Assembly: GCA_021849045.1 (NCBI GenBank)
Contig: JAJZTK010000002.1
Coordinates: forward strand, 1,602-65,601
Reading direction: 5' to 3'
From: Deltaproteobacteria bacterium
Lineage (GTDB): Bacteria > Desulfobacterota > Desulfuromonadia > Geobacterales > DSM-12255
DNA: 64,000 nucleotides
Part shown: positions 16,112 through 25,588 of the stretch, piece after piece
Layout: the number at the start of each line of letters is the position of its first letter
How positions within the stretch are numbered: the first letter of the stretch is position 1
Translations under genes and position numbers: made by a program
Notes under the pieces: model-generated
Databases searched by the model: none
The model's input: the letters and a program-made list of their open reading frames with translations, nothing else
What the model was told of the DNA's origin: nothing

Positions 16112-18646
16112 ATGCAACGGTACTTTTCAGAGCAGACGATCCTCCGGATGCGGGAGGAAATAGCGGCAGCAGGAGGGAATGAGGTCTTCTTCCTGGGGAC
16201 GACCGACGAGCAGCGGCTGGTGGTCGGGGTCGAGCCGCTGGCGCGGGGGAACCGGGATGCCGTGGCCGCCATCCTGATCGCCGTCTCCTTCGGCGACGTG
16301 GTGATCCACAACCACCCGAGCGGCAAGCTCACCCCCTCGACCCCGGATATAGAGATCGCGTCGGTTCTGGGAAACCAGGGGGTAGGCTTCTACATCGTCG
16401 ACAACGATGTCACCGACTGCTACCAGGCGGTTGCCCCTTTTGCCCGGAAGAGTATCGAGCCGCTCGCCCTGCCGGAGATCGAACACCTGCTGTCGCCCGG
16501 CGGCCCCATAGCCACCAGCCTTGACGGGTACGAGCACCGGCCCGAGCAGGTACGGATGGCTTTTGCCGTTGCCGAGGCGTTCAACGTGGACCGGGTGGCG
16601 GTTGTCGAAGCCGGCACCGGTACCGGCAAGTCGCTGGCCTACCTGCTGCCGGCCGTGCTCTGGGCGGTCCGCAACAAGGAACGGGTGGTGGTCTCCACCA
16701 ACACCATCAACCTCCAGGAACAGCTGATCAAGAAGGACCTCCCCTTTCTCCGGGAGCACGCCGGCATCACGTTCCGGGCGGTGCTGGTGAAGGGGCGCGG
16801 CAACTACCTCTGCCGACGGAAGCTGGAGACCGTGCAGTCGGAGCCGTCCCTCTTCCCCGAGGTGGCGGACGAGCTGGAGGCCATCGTCGCCTGGGGGGAA
16901 CAGACCCCCACCGGCTGTCGCGACGATCTCCCGTTCATTCCCAAGTCTGAACTGTGGGAGGAGGTCAACTGCGAGGCCGACCAGTGCGGCCGGGTCAAAT
17001 GCCCCAACTACCAGCGCTGTTTTTTCTACACCGCCCGCCGGGCCGCGGCCGGCGCCGATATTCTGGTAGTGAACCATGCCCTCCTCATGGCCGATCTGGC
17101 GGTCCGCCGGGAGACCGGCTATGCCGGTTCCGCCATCCTCCCCCCCTTTGAACGGCTGATCATCGACGAGGGGCACCACCTGGAGAACGTGGTCACCGGT
17201 CATCTCTCGCTGCAGGTCACCCAGCAGGGGGTGCTGAAGACTCTCTCGAAGCTGCAGCATCCGAAAAAGCCCCAGCGGGGCCTCATTCCCAGGCTCTCCG
17301 CACTCCTTACCCGTGAACTTCCGGAAGAGCTCGATGATCTCTACGAGGAGCTGGCGGCCCTTCTGGAAGGGGTGCTGGTGCCGGAGCTTGCCGCTCTCAA
17401 GGACGAGGTGGTCAGGGGGCTGGATGGGCTCGCCGTGGCGCTGAACCGGGAGAAGGTGAAGGGAGGGGCGGGAGGCGGTGACCGGCGCGTCAGGGTAACG
17501 CCTGATCTGACCATGGGCCGGCTCTGGCAGGAGAACGCCCCCCGCTTGCAGGAACTGGCCCGCCGGCTCCAGGCCTTTGCCCGGAGGATAGACGAGTTTT
17601 GCCACGCCTGTGCCCGGTTGCCGGAGCGGGTGGGGCAACGCATGACCGGTCCCGTCATCGACCTGAAGGGGATCTGCGAGCGTCTGATCTGCTACGGCCA
17701 GACCATTGGCCAGTTTCTCGCCGGCGACGAGGAGGTCTGCCGCTGGTTCGAGGTGGTGAAGGGGAAGGCGGGGAGCGTGGTCAGGCTCTGTGCGGCCCCT
17801 CTTGAGGTCGCCCGGATGGTTCGGGCCGTCATTCTGGACAAGTTCAAAACTGTTGTGATCACATCGGCGACCCTGGCAGTCGAGGGGCGGTTCGACTTTC
17901 TTGCCGAGCGGACCGGCATCAGTCTGCTCCCCCGGGAGCGGGTGGTGGAGCTGCTGCTGCCCTCGCCGTTCGACTACGAACGGCAGGCGTTCATCGGCAT
18001 CCCGTCAGACATGCCCGAGCCAACGGCCCGCGGCTATGAGGTCGCCCTTGCCGATACGCTGCGGGAGGCGCTGTACATCTCTCTCGGCCGGGCGTTCGTG
18101 CTCTTCACCTCCTATGACCTGCTGATGCGGGTCCATGGCCGCCTGGCCAAAGACCTGCTCGATGCCGGGCTGGTGCCGCTCCGTCAGGGGGAGATGAACC
18201 GCCACCTGCTCCTCTCCCGGTTCAGAAACAGTCCCGGAGCGGTGCTGTTCGGTACCGACTCGTTCTGGGAAGGGGTTGACGTTCAGGGGAAGGCACTGGA
18301 ACTGGTGGTGATCACCCGGTTGCCGTTCCGGGTGCCGACCGATCCGGTGCAGGAGGCGCGGGCCGAGCAGATCGCGGCCCGCGGGGGGGATCCGTTCATG
18401 GAGTACACGGTTCCCCAGGCGGTGCTCAAGTTCAAGCAGGGATTCGGGCGGCTGATCCGGAGCCGGGAGGACCGGGGCGTGGTGCTGATCCTGGACCGGC
18501 GGATCGTGTCGAAGGGGTATGGCCGGCTGTTTCTGCACTCCCTGCCGCCGGCCAGGACGTCGACCGGTAGCGGGCAGGAGGTGCTGGCGGAGATGTCGGC
18601 CTTTTTCAGGCCTTCAGCTTCATCTCCCGCTTCGCAGCAAAGTTGA
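16112..18646 (+). CDS. dinG: DinG/Rad3-family ATP-dependent helicase with N-terminal RadC-like JAB (JAMM) domain
   Basis: Residues 66-79 read HNHPSGKLTPSTPD, matching HxHx7Sx2D. The helicase part has Walker A (AGTGTGKSLAYLLPA), a Cys cluster (C...CEADQCGRVKCPNYQRC) typical of Fe-S DinG/XPD, DEGHH (DEAH-like), and C-terminal motifs (VLFTSY, FWEGVD, QGFGRLIRS). ATG 16112 was chosen because the 16034 start overlaps the ppcA terminator. Confidence 0.85.
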   Translation: MQRYFSEQTILRMREEIAAAGGNEVFFLGTTDEQRLVVGVEPLARGNRDAVAAILIAVSFGDVVIHNHPSGKLTPSTPDIEIASVLGNQGVGFYIVDNDVTDCYQAVAPFARKSIEPLALPEIEHLLSPGGPIATSLDGYEHRPEQVRMAFAVAEAFNVDRVAVVEAGTGTGKSLAYLLPAVLWAVRNKERVVVSTNTINLQEQLIKKDLPFLREHAGITFRAVLVKGRGNYLCRRKLETVQSEPSLFPEVADELEAIVAWGEQTPTGCRDDLPFIPKSELWEEVNCEADQCGRVKCPNYQRCFFYTARRAAAGADILVVNHALLMADLAVRRETGYAGSAILPPFERLIIDEGHHLENVVTGHLSLQVTQQGVLKTLSKLQHPKKPQRGLIPRLSALLTRELPEELDDLYEELAALLEGVLVPELAALKDEVVRGLDGLAVALNREKVKGGAGGGDRRVRVTPDLTMGRLWQENAPRLQELARRLQAFARRIDEFCHACARLPERVGQRMTGPVIDLKGICERLICYGQTIGQFLAGDEEVCRWFEVVKGKAGSVVRLCAAPLEVARMVRAVILDKFKTVVITSATLAVEGRFDFLAERTGISLLPRERVVELLLPSPFDYERQAFIGIPSDMPEPTARGYEVALADTLREALYISLGRAFVLFTSYDLLMRVHGRLAKDLLDAGLVPLRQGEMNRHLLLSRFRNSPGAVLFGTDSFWEGVDVQGKALELVVITRLPFRVPTDPVQEARAEQIAARGGDPFMEYTVPQAVLKFKQGFGRLIRSREDRGVVLILDRRIVSKGYGRLFLHSLPPARTSTGSGQEVLAEMSAFFRPSASSPASQQS

Positions 18647-19073
18647 AGCACTGGAAGTAGGAGAGAAAGGTCAGGATAAAGGTGAAAAAGATGATGCTCA
18701 GGATGAAGCGGTCCTGTGGTGCCTTCAGGATGAAGGTGACGAAGAAGATGAAGGCCCCGCACTTGACCACATCGCCGATGGTCCGCCGGGTTCGCATCTT
18801 TTTCAGCGTGTCGGGATCGAGGTTGGTGGCGCAGGCTTCCACTTCCCGTGCCGCCTCGCTGGCGGCAAACTTCCTGATGGGATAGAAGAGCATCAGTTGA
18901 AAGACCAGGGTGGCTACCACGCTGTGGAGAAAACGCTGCGGTCGCCCTTCGGTCTGCAGGCCGGCCTGGAAATTGACCGCCATGTAGACCAGCAGGAGAA
19001 CCAGCACAACCTGGACGACGGCATAGATGGTTATGAATCGGCGTAACCGTTTGAAATCAAATAGCGTGGTCAT
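18606..19073 (-). CDS. hypothetical integral membrane protein (about 4 TM)
   Basis: 155 aa with hydrophobic segments (ITIYAVVQVVLVLLLVYMAV, VVATLVFQLMLFY, GAFIFFVTFIL, FILSIIFFTFILTFL). Its 3' end overlaps the dinG 3' end convergently by 41 nt. No family was recognised. Confidence 0.55.
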   Translation of the reverse strand: MTTLFDFKRLRRFITIYAVVQVVLVLLLVYMAVNFQAGLQTEGRPQRFLHSVVATLVFQLMLFYPIRKFAASEAAREVEACATNLDPDTLKKMRTRRTIGDVVKCGAFIFFVTFILKAPQDRFILSIIFFTFILTFLSYFQCFNFAAKREMKLKA

Positions 19074-19180
19074 CTATTCTCCATAAGTTTCAGGGTGTTA
19101 GTTGCTGGTTGAGGGTGATTAGCATATCAAGTGAAATGATGTTTTACAAGAAAAGAAATAGTCCGGTATTTCAGAGCGTT

Positions 19181-19348
19181 GATTCCATGAGGAGTGGCAA
19201 CCCGTTTCCGCTCCAACTCCCGCGATTTGGCTTTTTCCCGACAGGAAAGGCCGGTGGCTGACCTCACACGCCTGATATGGCTTGTTGCCCACTGGCGGCG
19301 GGAATCGCGTGCGTTCCGCTCCACCGGGTCGCCACTCCTCGCGGAATC
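19181..19348 (+). ncRNA. candidate structured RNA, rod-like with large symmetric central bubble (6S-RNA-like architecture); strand uncertain
   Basis: Helices 19181-186/19343-348, 19189-198/19331-340, 19201-204/19325-328 and 19221-227/19303-309 are all perfect. They flank a 16/15-nt bubble whose two strands share the same decamer TTCCGCTCCA, so they cannot pair. The apical part has two G-U pairs only on the + strand. Confidence 0.35.
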
Positions 19349-19355
19349 AGGAGGT

Positions 19356-20132
19356 CTATTCCCCCACCGCCCTGGCCAGGGTCACGGCATAGACCGCTGA
19401 CGCTCCCGCCCGCTTCAGTACCCGGCTGCACTCGGCAATGGTGCTGCCGGTGGTGAAAACGTCATCCACCAGTACAATCCGCCTTCCTTTTACCTCTTCC
19501 GGCCGTCGCAGCGCAAACGCCCCCTTCACGTTACCCGGTCGTTCGTGTGCCGGCAGGTTCACCTGTGGTTCGGTCCAACGGGTCCGCTGGAGGAGGTGCC
19601 GTGCCAGGGGCAGCCGCCATTCCCCGGCCAGCAGTTCCACGAGCAGGGCTGCCTGGTTGAACCCGCGCTGTCTGAGGCGCCGACGGTGCAAAGGCACCGG
19701 CAGCAGCAGGTCCACACCCCACTGCGTGACAACCGGTGCCAGCCGTTCGGCCAGCAGCAGCCCCAGCGGGCGCCGCAACTGGATCTGCCGGTTGTACTTG
19801 AAGCGGTGGATCAACTCGCGCGCCGGTCCGTGAAACAGAAAGGCGGCCCGGACTGCATCATAGGGGGGCGGGTGGCTGAGGCACCTGCCGCAGGGGTGGT
19901 CCATCCCCCCTTCGGTCAGAAACGGTGTGCCGCAGACCGTGCAGAGCGGCGTACCGATCGGCGTGAACCCGGCGCTGCAGGTGGGGCAGAGGTGGATCTT
20001 CTCCCCTCTGCCGATAAACTCCTTGCAGACATGGCAGAGGGGAGGGAAGAGCAGGTCGAGCAGACCGCCGAAGAGGCTGGAAAGCCGTGACTGGTGACTC
20101 GTAACTGGTGACTGGTGAAAACCTTTTCCCAT
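19356..20132 (-). CDS. comF: ComF family protein (phosphoribosyltransferase domain)
   Basis: N-terminal zinc-finger-like motifs (LLFPPLCHVC...CPTC and CTVC...CGRC). C-terminal PRTase motif IVLVDDVFTTGST. The first 16 codons run through the heptamer array at 20087-20121. Confidence 0.8.
   Translation of the reverse strand: MGKGFHQSPVTSHQSRLSSLFGGLLDLLFPPLCHVCKEFIGRGEKIHLCPTCSAGFTPIGTPLCTVCGTPFLTEGGMDHPCGRCLSHPPPYDAVRAAFLFHGPARELIHRFKYNRQIQLRRPLGLLLAERLAPVVTQWGVDLLLPVPLHRRRLRQRGFNQAALLVELLAGEWRLPLARHLLQRTRWTEPQVNLPAHERPGNVKGAFALRRPEEVKGRRIVLVDDVFTTGSTIAECSRVLKRAGASAVYAVTLARAVGE
20087..20121. repeat. five tandem heptamers (GTGACTG family) at the 5' end of comF
   Basis: The + strand reads GTGACTG GTGACTC GTAACTG GTGACTG GTGAAAA. 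It is translated on the minus strand as HQSPVTSHQS. The unit set is the same as in the hairpin at 53455-53526. Confidence 0.85.
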
Positions 20133-20165
20133 TTTAGGCCCAAGTTTTTATAATCGCCCCGAGCC

Positions 20166-20819
20166 CTACAGTCCCAGATCCTCGTTGACGATCAGCACCC
20201 GGAAGTCCATGGTCTTCGACTTGCGGTCGATGACGGTGGTGATCCGGCAGATCCGGTCCGGCGAGTTGCAGTTGCTGCAGAAACCGGTCTTGGCGCAGGG
20301 GGTGTTCAGGTTCAGGCGCCGGGCATTGGCAGGGGATGCGTAGTTCTTGATCCGGTCGATGGCTGCCTGCAGGTTCCCGTCCACCAGCTTGTTCCGGCCG
20401 GCCACCACGATCACCTTTTTCGGGCCGAAGGTCAGGGCCGCCACCCGGTTGCCGTTGCCGTCGATGTTCACCAGACAGCCGTTCAGTGTCACCGCATTGG
20501 TGCCGGCGAGAAACAGGTCGCAGGTCAGCTGGCGGCGCATGGTGGCCATCTTTTCCTCACCCGACAGCCCCGGTGTGCCATGGTCGAGGATCTCCTTACC
20601 CTGCTCCCGCAGTTTCGCCTGCAGTTCCAGGTCAACGACGGTCCGGGAGCCGCCGAAGCCGATCGACCGGGCATTGGCCGCCTCTTTGATGATGTAGTCG
20701 TGCGCCTCCTGGGAGGAGCGGCAGTAGACGGCGGTGAAGCCGTTCTGCCCCAGGGCCTCGACGGCCTTTTCGCACTTCTGTTCGTGGCTCCATTGGGTCA
20801 GTTCATTGGTGAGTGACAT
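20166..20819 (-). CDS. LUD-domain (lactate utilization protein-like, DUF162) protein
   Basis: 217 aa with IGFGGSRT, NAVTLNGCLVNIDGNGNRVAALTFGPKKVIVVAG and a C-terminal Cys motif TPCAKTGFCSNCNSPDRIC. The family was recalled from memory. A GGAGGG SD is present. Confidence 0.55.
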   Translation of the reverse strand: MSLTNELTQWSHEQKCEKAVEALGQNGFTAVYCRSSQEAHDYIIKEAANARSIGFGGSRTVVDLELQAKLREQGKEILDHGTPGLSGEEKMATMRRQLTCDLFLAGTNAVTLNGCLVNIDGNGNRVAALTFGPKKVIVVAGRNKLVDGNLQAAIDRIKNYASPANARRLNLNTPCAKTGFCSNCNSPDRICRITTVIDRKSKTMDFRVLIVNEDLGL

Positions 20820-20844
20820 AGTTCCCTCCGTTGGTTGATTTCCG

Positions 20845-22839
20845 CTATCTCAGCGCCAGTTCCATATCTTCCAGCTTCTTGATCCGATCCCTGAGTGCGG
20901 CGGCCTTTTCGAAGTCCAACTCCCTGGCCGCGGCCAGCATCTCCTTACGCAGCTTCCTCACCAGTCCGGGGATCTTCTCCAGCGGGATGTACTCCTCCTG
21001 GGCCTCTGCCGCCACGGGAACAGTGTAGTAGTCCTGCTCCTCGATCGACTCCAGGATGGTCCTGAGCCCCTTCTGCACGGTACGCGGGGTGATGCCGTGC
21101 TCGGTGTTGAACTCCTCCTGGAGCGTGCGGCGGCGGGTGGTCTCGTCGATGCAGGCCCGCATGGAGCGGGTGACACTGTCGGCGTACATGATGACCCGGC
21201 CGCCCACGTTGCGGGCGGCCCGGCCGCAGGTCTGGATCAGGGAGCGTTCGGAGCGGAGGAACCCCTCCTTGTCCGCGTCCAGGATGGCCACCAGCGACAC
21301 CTCGGGAAGGTCCAGCCCTTCCCGGAGCAGGTTGATCCCCACCAGGACGTCGAATTCGCCGAGGCGAAGGCCCCGGATGATCTGCATCCGCTGGATGGTG
21401 TCGATGTCCGAGTGGAGGTACTTCACCCTCACCCCCAACTCCTGGTAGTAATCGGTCAGGTTTTCGGCCATCCGCTTGGTCAGGGTGGTGACCAGGACCC
21501 GCTCTCCCTTGGCGATGGTGGTCCGGATCTCATTCAGCAGGTCATCCACCTGGCCGGAGGCCGGGCGGACCTGGATCACCGGGTCGAGGAGCCCGGTGGG
21601 GCGGATGACCTGTTCCACCACGACCCCGTCTGCCTTTTGCAGTTCGTAGTCGGCAGGAGTGGCGGAGACGTAGACCACCTGGTTCAGCTTGGCCTCGAAT
21701 TCAGGGAAGTTCAGGGGGCGGTTGTCCAGGGCCGACGGAAGGCGGAAGCCATAGTTCACCAGGGTCTCCTTGCGGCTCCGGTCACCCCGGTACATCCCTC
21801 CCACCTGGGAGACCGTGATATGCGACTCGTCGATGAACAGCAGGAAGTCCGGCGGGAAGTAGTCGATGAGGGTGTACGGCGGGTCTCCCGGTTGCCGGCC
21901 GTCGAAGTGACGGGAGTAGTTCTCGATTCCCTGGCAGAATCCCATCTCTTCCATCATCTCCAGGTCGAACATGGTTCGCTGCTCCAACCGCTGGGCCTCC
22001 ACCAGCATATTTTGGCTCCGGAACCACTGGAGCCGCTCCCTGAGGGCGACCCGGATCTCCTCTATGGCCCGCTCCAGTGTTTCACGGGTGGCCACGTAGT
22101 GGGAGGCGGGATAGATGGCGACCTTGGCGAGACGGGAGAGCAGTTGGCCGCGGAGTGGATCGATCTCGCTGATCGCCTCCACCGTGTCGCCGAAGAATTC
22201 GATACGATAGGCCCGTTCGTCGTCGTGGGCCGGGAATACCTCGACACTGTCACCCCGCACCCGGAAGGTGCCGCGGTGAAAGTCCACGTCGTTCCGCTCG
22301 TACTGGATATCCACCAGCTTCTGCAGCAGGGTGTCCCGCCCGTAGTCGTCCCCTTCGTGGAAAAAGATGTGCATGGCCTCGTATTCGGCCGGTGAGCCGA
22401 TGCCGTAGATGCAGGAGACCGAGGCCACGATGATCACGTCCCGCCGGGTGAGGAGGCTGCGGGTGGCCGAGTGGCGCAGCTTGTCGATCTCGTCGTTGAT
22501 GGACGAGTCTTTTTCGATGAATGTGTCGGTGGTGGGGAGATACGCTTCCGGCTGGTAATAGTCGTAATAGGAAACAAAGTATTCTACGGCATTTTCCGGG
22601 AAGAGTTCCTTGAACTCGCCGTAGAGTTGGGCTGCCAGGGTCTTGTTGGGGGCTAGCACCAGGGCCGGTCTGTTGGTGGCGGCAATGAGGTTGGCTACGG
22701 TGAAGGTTTTTCCCGAGCCGGTGACCCCGAGCAGTACCTGATCCCGGTCGCCCCGTTCGATACCCTGCACCAGTTCGGCAATGGCCCGTGGCTGATCTCC
22801 TCTGGGCTGGTAGTCGCTGATGAGTCTGAACCGATTCAT
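20845..22839 (-). CDS. uvrB: excinuclease ABC subunit B
   Basis: [25 protein letters not shown]-terminus, Walker [15 protein letters not shown] box (IDESHITV) and a C-terminal UVR domain ([18 protein letters not shown]). The track start at 22857 is a GTG six codons upstream. Confidence 0.95.
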   Translation of the reverse strand: MNRFRLISDYQPRGDQPRAIAELVQGIERGDRDQVLLGVTGSGKTFTVANLIAATNRPALVLAPNKTLAAQLYGEFKELFPENAVEYFVSYYDYYQPEAYLPTTDTFIEKDSSINDEIDKLRHSATRSLLTRRDVIIVASVSCIYGIGSPAEYEAMHIFFHEGDDYGRDTLLQKLVDIQYERNDVDFHRGTFRVRGDSVEVFPAHDDERAYRIEFFGDTVEAISEIDPLRGQLLSRLAKVAIYPASHYVATRETLERAIEEIRVALRERLQWFRSQNMLVEAQRLEQRTMFDLEMMEEMGFCQGIENYSRHFDGRQPGDPPYTLIDYFPPDFLLFIDESHITVSQVGGMYRGDRSRKETLVNYGFRLPSALDNRPLNFPEFEAKLNQVVYVSATPADYELQKADGVVVEQVIRPTGLLDPVIQVRPASGQVDDLLNEIRTTIAKGERVLVTTLTKRMAENLTDYYQELGVRVKYLHSDIDTIQRMQIIRGLRLGEFDVLVGINLLREGLDLPEVSLVAILDADKEGFLRSERSLIQTCGRAARNVGGRVIMYADSVTRSMRACIDETTRRRTLQEEFNTEHGITPRTVQKGLRTILESIEEQDYYTVPVAAEAQEEYIPLEKIPGLVRKLRKEMLAAARELDFEKAAALRDRIKKLEDMELALR

Positions 22840-22929
22840 GTGGGGGAATAATAACACGTCCGGCCTGCCGGCGCCGAGAAAAACATTGCGAGTCGGCTTG
22901 GCCGCAGGAGTGTGCGCAGAATGTGGTCG

Positions 22930-23394
22930 TCAGGAGACTGAAGGGCAGTAGTGGCCCAGAGATGGCGGAGTGAGGTTCTGTTCCAGCCAGTAGTGGCCAA
23001 GCTGATTGACCGCTTCGCTGAAGAGGTTGTAGTCCACCGGTTTGCGGAGATAGCTGTTGGCGCCCAGGTTATAGCTCTGCTGGATGTCGTGGGCCTCGTT
23101 GGACGAGGTGAAGACGACTACCGGGATGAGCCGGGTCCGTTCGTCGTTTCTGATGCTGCGGAGTACTTCGTGTCCGTCCACCTTGGGGAGTTTCAGGTCC
23201 AGCAACACGAGGTTTGGCATGACCGCCATGTCACGGGAGGCAAACGGACCGGTTGCAAATAGATAATGGAGTGCTTCGACACCGTCACGTACCACGGTCA
23301 CCTCGCACGGTATCCGGTGTTTGTTGAGGGTGCGCAGGGTCAGGGTTTCGTCGTCCGGGTTGTCTTCAACAAGCAGAATCCGTTTGGTTTCCAT
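22930..23394 (-). CDS. single-domain response regulator (CheY-like receiver)
   Basis: 154 aa with ILLVEDNPDDE, the phospho-acceptor context LVLLDLKLPKVDG, and the conserved Lys in YLRKP. Confidence 0.85.
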   Translation of the reverse strand: METKRILLVEDNPDDETLTLRTLNKHRIPCEVTVVRDGVEALHYLFATGPFASRDMAVMPNLVLLDLKLPKVDGHEVLRSIRNDERTRLIPVVVFTSSNEAHDIQQSYNLGANSYLRKPVDYNLFSEAVNQLGHYWLEQNLTPPSLGHYCPSVS

Positions 23395-23581
23395 GCATCT
23401 CCGTCCAGAAACAATAACAAATGTTGCAATGATGACACACTATATACCAGATTATGATGAAAAATCCAACACTAATTAGAAATGGTCAATATTTGCACAT
23501 GCAGGCAGCGGCAGTCCTTGATTTTTTCCAGGGAGAATGCCATACTCCCGCGCAAGATACAGTAACCGTGGAGGTTTCTCA

Positions 23582-23773
23582 ATGTTTGGATTCGGTATGC
23601 CCGAACTGATAGTCATTCTGGTCATCGTCCTGGTAGTCTTCGGTGCCGGCAAGCTCCCCGAGATCGGTGGTGCCCTTGGCAAGAGTATCCGCAACTTCAA
23701 GCGGGCGTCGGATGGCAAGGACGAGATCGAGATCAAGCCCCGCAAGGAAGAGGATGGGAAAAAGGAAGGGTGA
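23582..23773 (+). CDS. tatA: twin-arginine translocase TatA/TatE family subunit
   Basis: [40 protein letters not shown] is followed by an acidic/basic tail. A GTGGAGG SD lies 7 nt upstream of ATG 23582. Confidence 0.85.
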   Translation: MFGFGMPELIVILVIVLVVFGAGKLPEIGGALGKSIRNFKRASDGKDEIEIKPRKEEDGKKEG

Positions 23774-23887
23774 GCCGGTAGCTGCTTGACTGGTTCCACT
23801 GTTTCGTCAATGCCTCCTTAAAGGGTTTTTTCTCCTTCACCACGTGCGGAGCCCTATGATTCCTGCACGCCATTTTTGCCCGTTGCC

Positions 23888-23915
23888 TTGAAAGGGCGTG
23901 GCGGGCTGCTATACT
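23888..23915 (+). promoter_or_regulatory. candidate sigma70-type promoter for the GAF histidine kinase operon
   Basis: TTGAAA-N16-TATACT. The predicted transcription start near 23922 lies downstream of the track TTG start (23918) and supports the GTG start at 23966. Confidence 0.4.
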
Positions 23916-23965
23916 GATTGCGTTTCGCGCCCCGTGCCGGGGAAACAGCCTCAGGAGCAGATTTT

Positions 23966-25588
23966 GTGGAATGGGAATGCTGCTGGCTCAACAATGAGAT
24001 CAGGCCGGAAGAGTGCCCCTATGTCGCTGCGGGGGAGGAGGAGCTCTACGTTGCTCACCGCAAGCGGCTTGTGGAGAAGTGTCTGGAGTGCCCGAGCTTC
24101 AGGAAGGACCTCAATCAGCTAAGCGATCGGGACTATCCGATGCACGACGTGCTGCGCTACCTCGTGGACGAGTTCATCGAACAGCGGGGCCAGCTCCAGT
24201 CCCTCATCGCCTTTCATGACAGCAAGACCCGCGAAATCAAGTTTCTCCATGAATTGAGCATGGTGCTCCAGACATCCCTCGACCTGGATGAGGTCCTGTC
24301 GGTGGCCATGACAGCCATTACCTCGGGCAAAGGGTTCGGCATGAACCGGGCCTTTCTCCTTATGGCCGACCGGGAGCGGCAGTGCCTCAAGGGGTACCTG
24401 GGGGTCGGCCCACGGAACTACGACGAAGCGTGGCGGATCTGGTCCGAACTGGAGCAGGGCAACTACACCCTCAAGGAGCTGGCCCGCCATTTCCACAAGA
24501 CCAAGATCTCTTCGGAAAAGGTCAAATTCCAGGATATCCTCGAACGCTTGACCGTGCCGTATGCCGACCAGTTACACGTCTTTAACCGGGCGCTTCGGGA
24601 ACGCAAACCGATCCTGGTGACGGATGCCTTTCACAATCCGGAGGTGAGTGAGGATCTGGCACGTATCCTGGAAGTGGACAGCTTCCTCGTCATGCCGCTC
24701 ATCTCCCGCAACCGGCGTATCGGCGTCCTTTTGGCCGACAACTTTGTGACCCACCGAGCTATCACTACCCAGGACCTTCAGTCCATGGAGATCTTTACGT
24801 TTCCGGTGGCCTTTGCCCTGGAGCGCGCGTCGCTCTATGAAAAGCTTCAGGAAGAGATCGAGAAGCAGACCGCTGCCAACATCAAGCTGCAGGAGCAGCA
24901 GGCGTTGATCGTCAAGATGGAGAAGATGGCGGTGGTGGGACGGATCACCTCCAGCATCGCCCATTCCATCCGCAATCCTCTGATGACCATTGGCGGCTAT
25001 GCCAGGTCGCTTATGAAGGACGTGGGCGAGGTGCCCAGGAAACGGGAATACCTGGAGGAGATCGTCAAGGAGGCCAAGCGCCTGGAGGATGTGCTGGAAG
25101 AGGTGCTGCGCTATTCCGAGTCGCTCTATCCGGTCATGGATCGATGGGACATCAACCAGTTGGTGCGTAACGTCTGTCGGGAACTCAGCGAACAGTTGGC
25201 CGGCCGGAATATAGAGCTCACCCTTGACCTTGACCCGGACATACCCACCATCCTGCTCGACTACAAACAGATTGCCTACTGCCTGAAAACAATCCTGCAG
25301 CACATCATCGAGACCCAGCCGGGGGTGGGGGCCATCTGGGCTGCTACCGGCGGGGACGGTGACGGCCTCAGGGTAACGATCAGCGATGACGGCGCCACCA
25401 TCGATGATGCGGTCAAGGAGGCACTGATTACCCCGTTTACCTCCACCCAGGAGCTTGGCATCGGTGTCGGTCTGCCGCTCTGCCGCATCATCCTGGAGCG
25501 CCATGGTAGCACATTTTCCATTATTGACCGTCCCGAAGGAGGGACGGCATACACTTTTGTCATTCCGCTTCAAAGGGAGGATCAGTAG
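23966..25588 (+). CDS. sensor histidine kinase with Cys-rich N-terminus and GAF domain
   Basis: GTG 23966 is preceded by AGGAG with an 8-nt spacer. N-terminal Cys motif (ECCW...CP...CLEC), a GAF-like region (LHELSMVLQTSLDLDEVL...), H-box SSIAHSIRNPL and an HATPase region (ISDDGATI, GIGVGLPLC). Confidence 0.85.
   Translation: MEWECCWLNNEIRPEECPYVAAGEEELYVAHRKRLVEKCLECPSFRKDLNQLSDRDYPMHDVLRYLVDEFIEQRGQLQSLIAFHDSKTREIKFLHELSMVLQTSLDLDEVLSVAMTAITSGKGFGMNRAFLLMADRERQCLKGYLGVGPRNYDEAWRIWSELEQGNYTLKELARHFHKTKISSEKVKFQDILERLTVPYADQLHVFNRALRERKPILVTDAFHNPEVSEDLARILEVDSFLVMPLISRNRRIGVLLADNFVTHRAITTQDLQSMEIFTFPVAFALERASLYEKLQEEIEKQTAANIKLQEQQALIVKMEKMAVVGRITSSIAHSIRNPLMTIGGYARSLMKDVGEVPRKREYLEEIVKEAKRLEDVLEEVLRYSESLYPVMDRWDINQLVRNVCRELSEQLAGRNIELTLDLDPDIPTILLDYKQIAYCLKTILQHIIETQPGVGAIWAATGGDGDGLRVTISDDGATIDDAVKEALITPFTSTQELGIGVGLPLCRIILERHGSTFSIIDRPEGGTAYTFVIPLQREDQ

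Noticed and set aside
20087-20121. Whether the tandem heptamer arrays (also 3461-3488, 25958-26023, 28559-28622, 53455-53526) could be a CRISPR array or a minisatellite.
   Set aside because: The units are only 7 nt with no spacers, and the arrays are 28-70 nt. This is not CRISPR architecture. They are reported as a separate repeat class instead.
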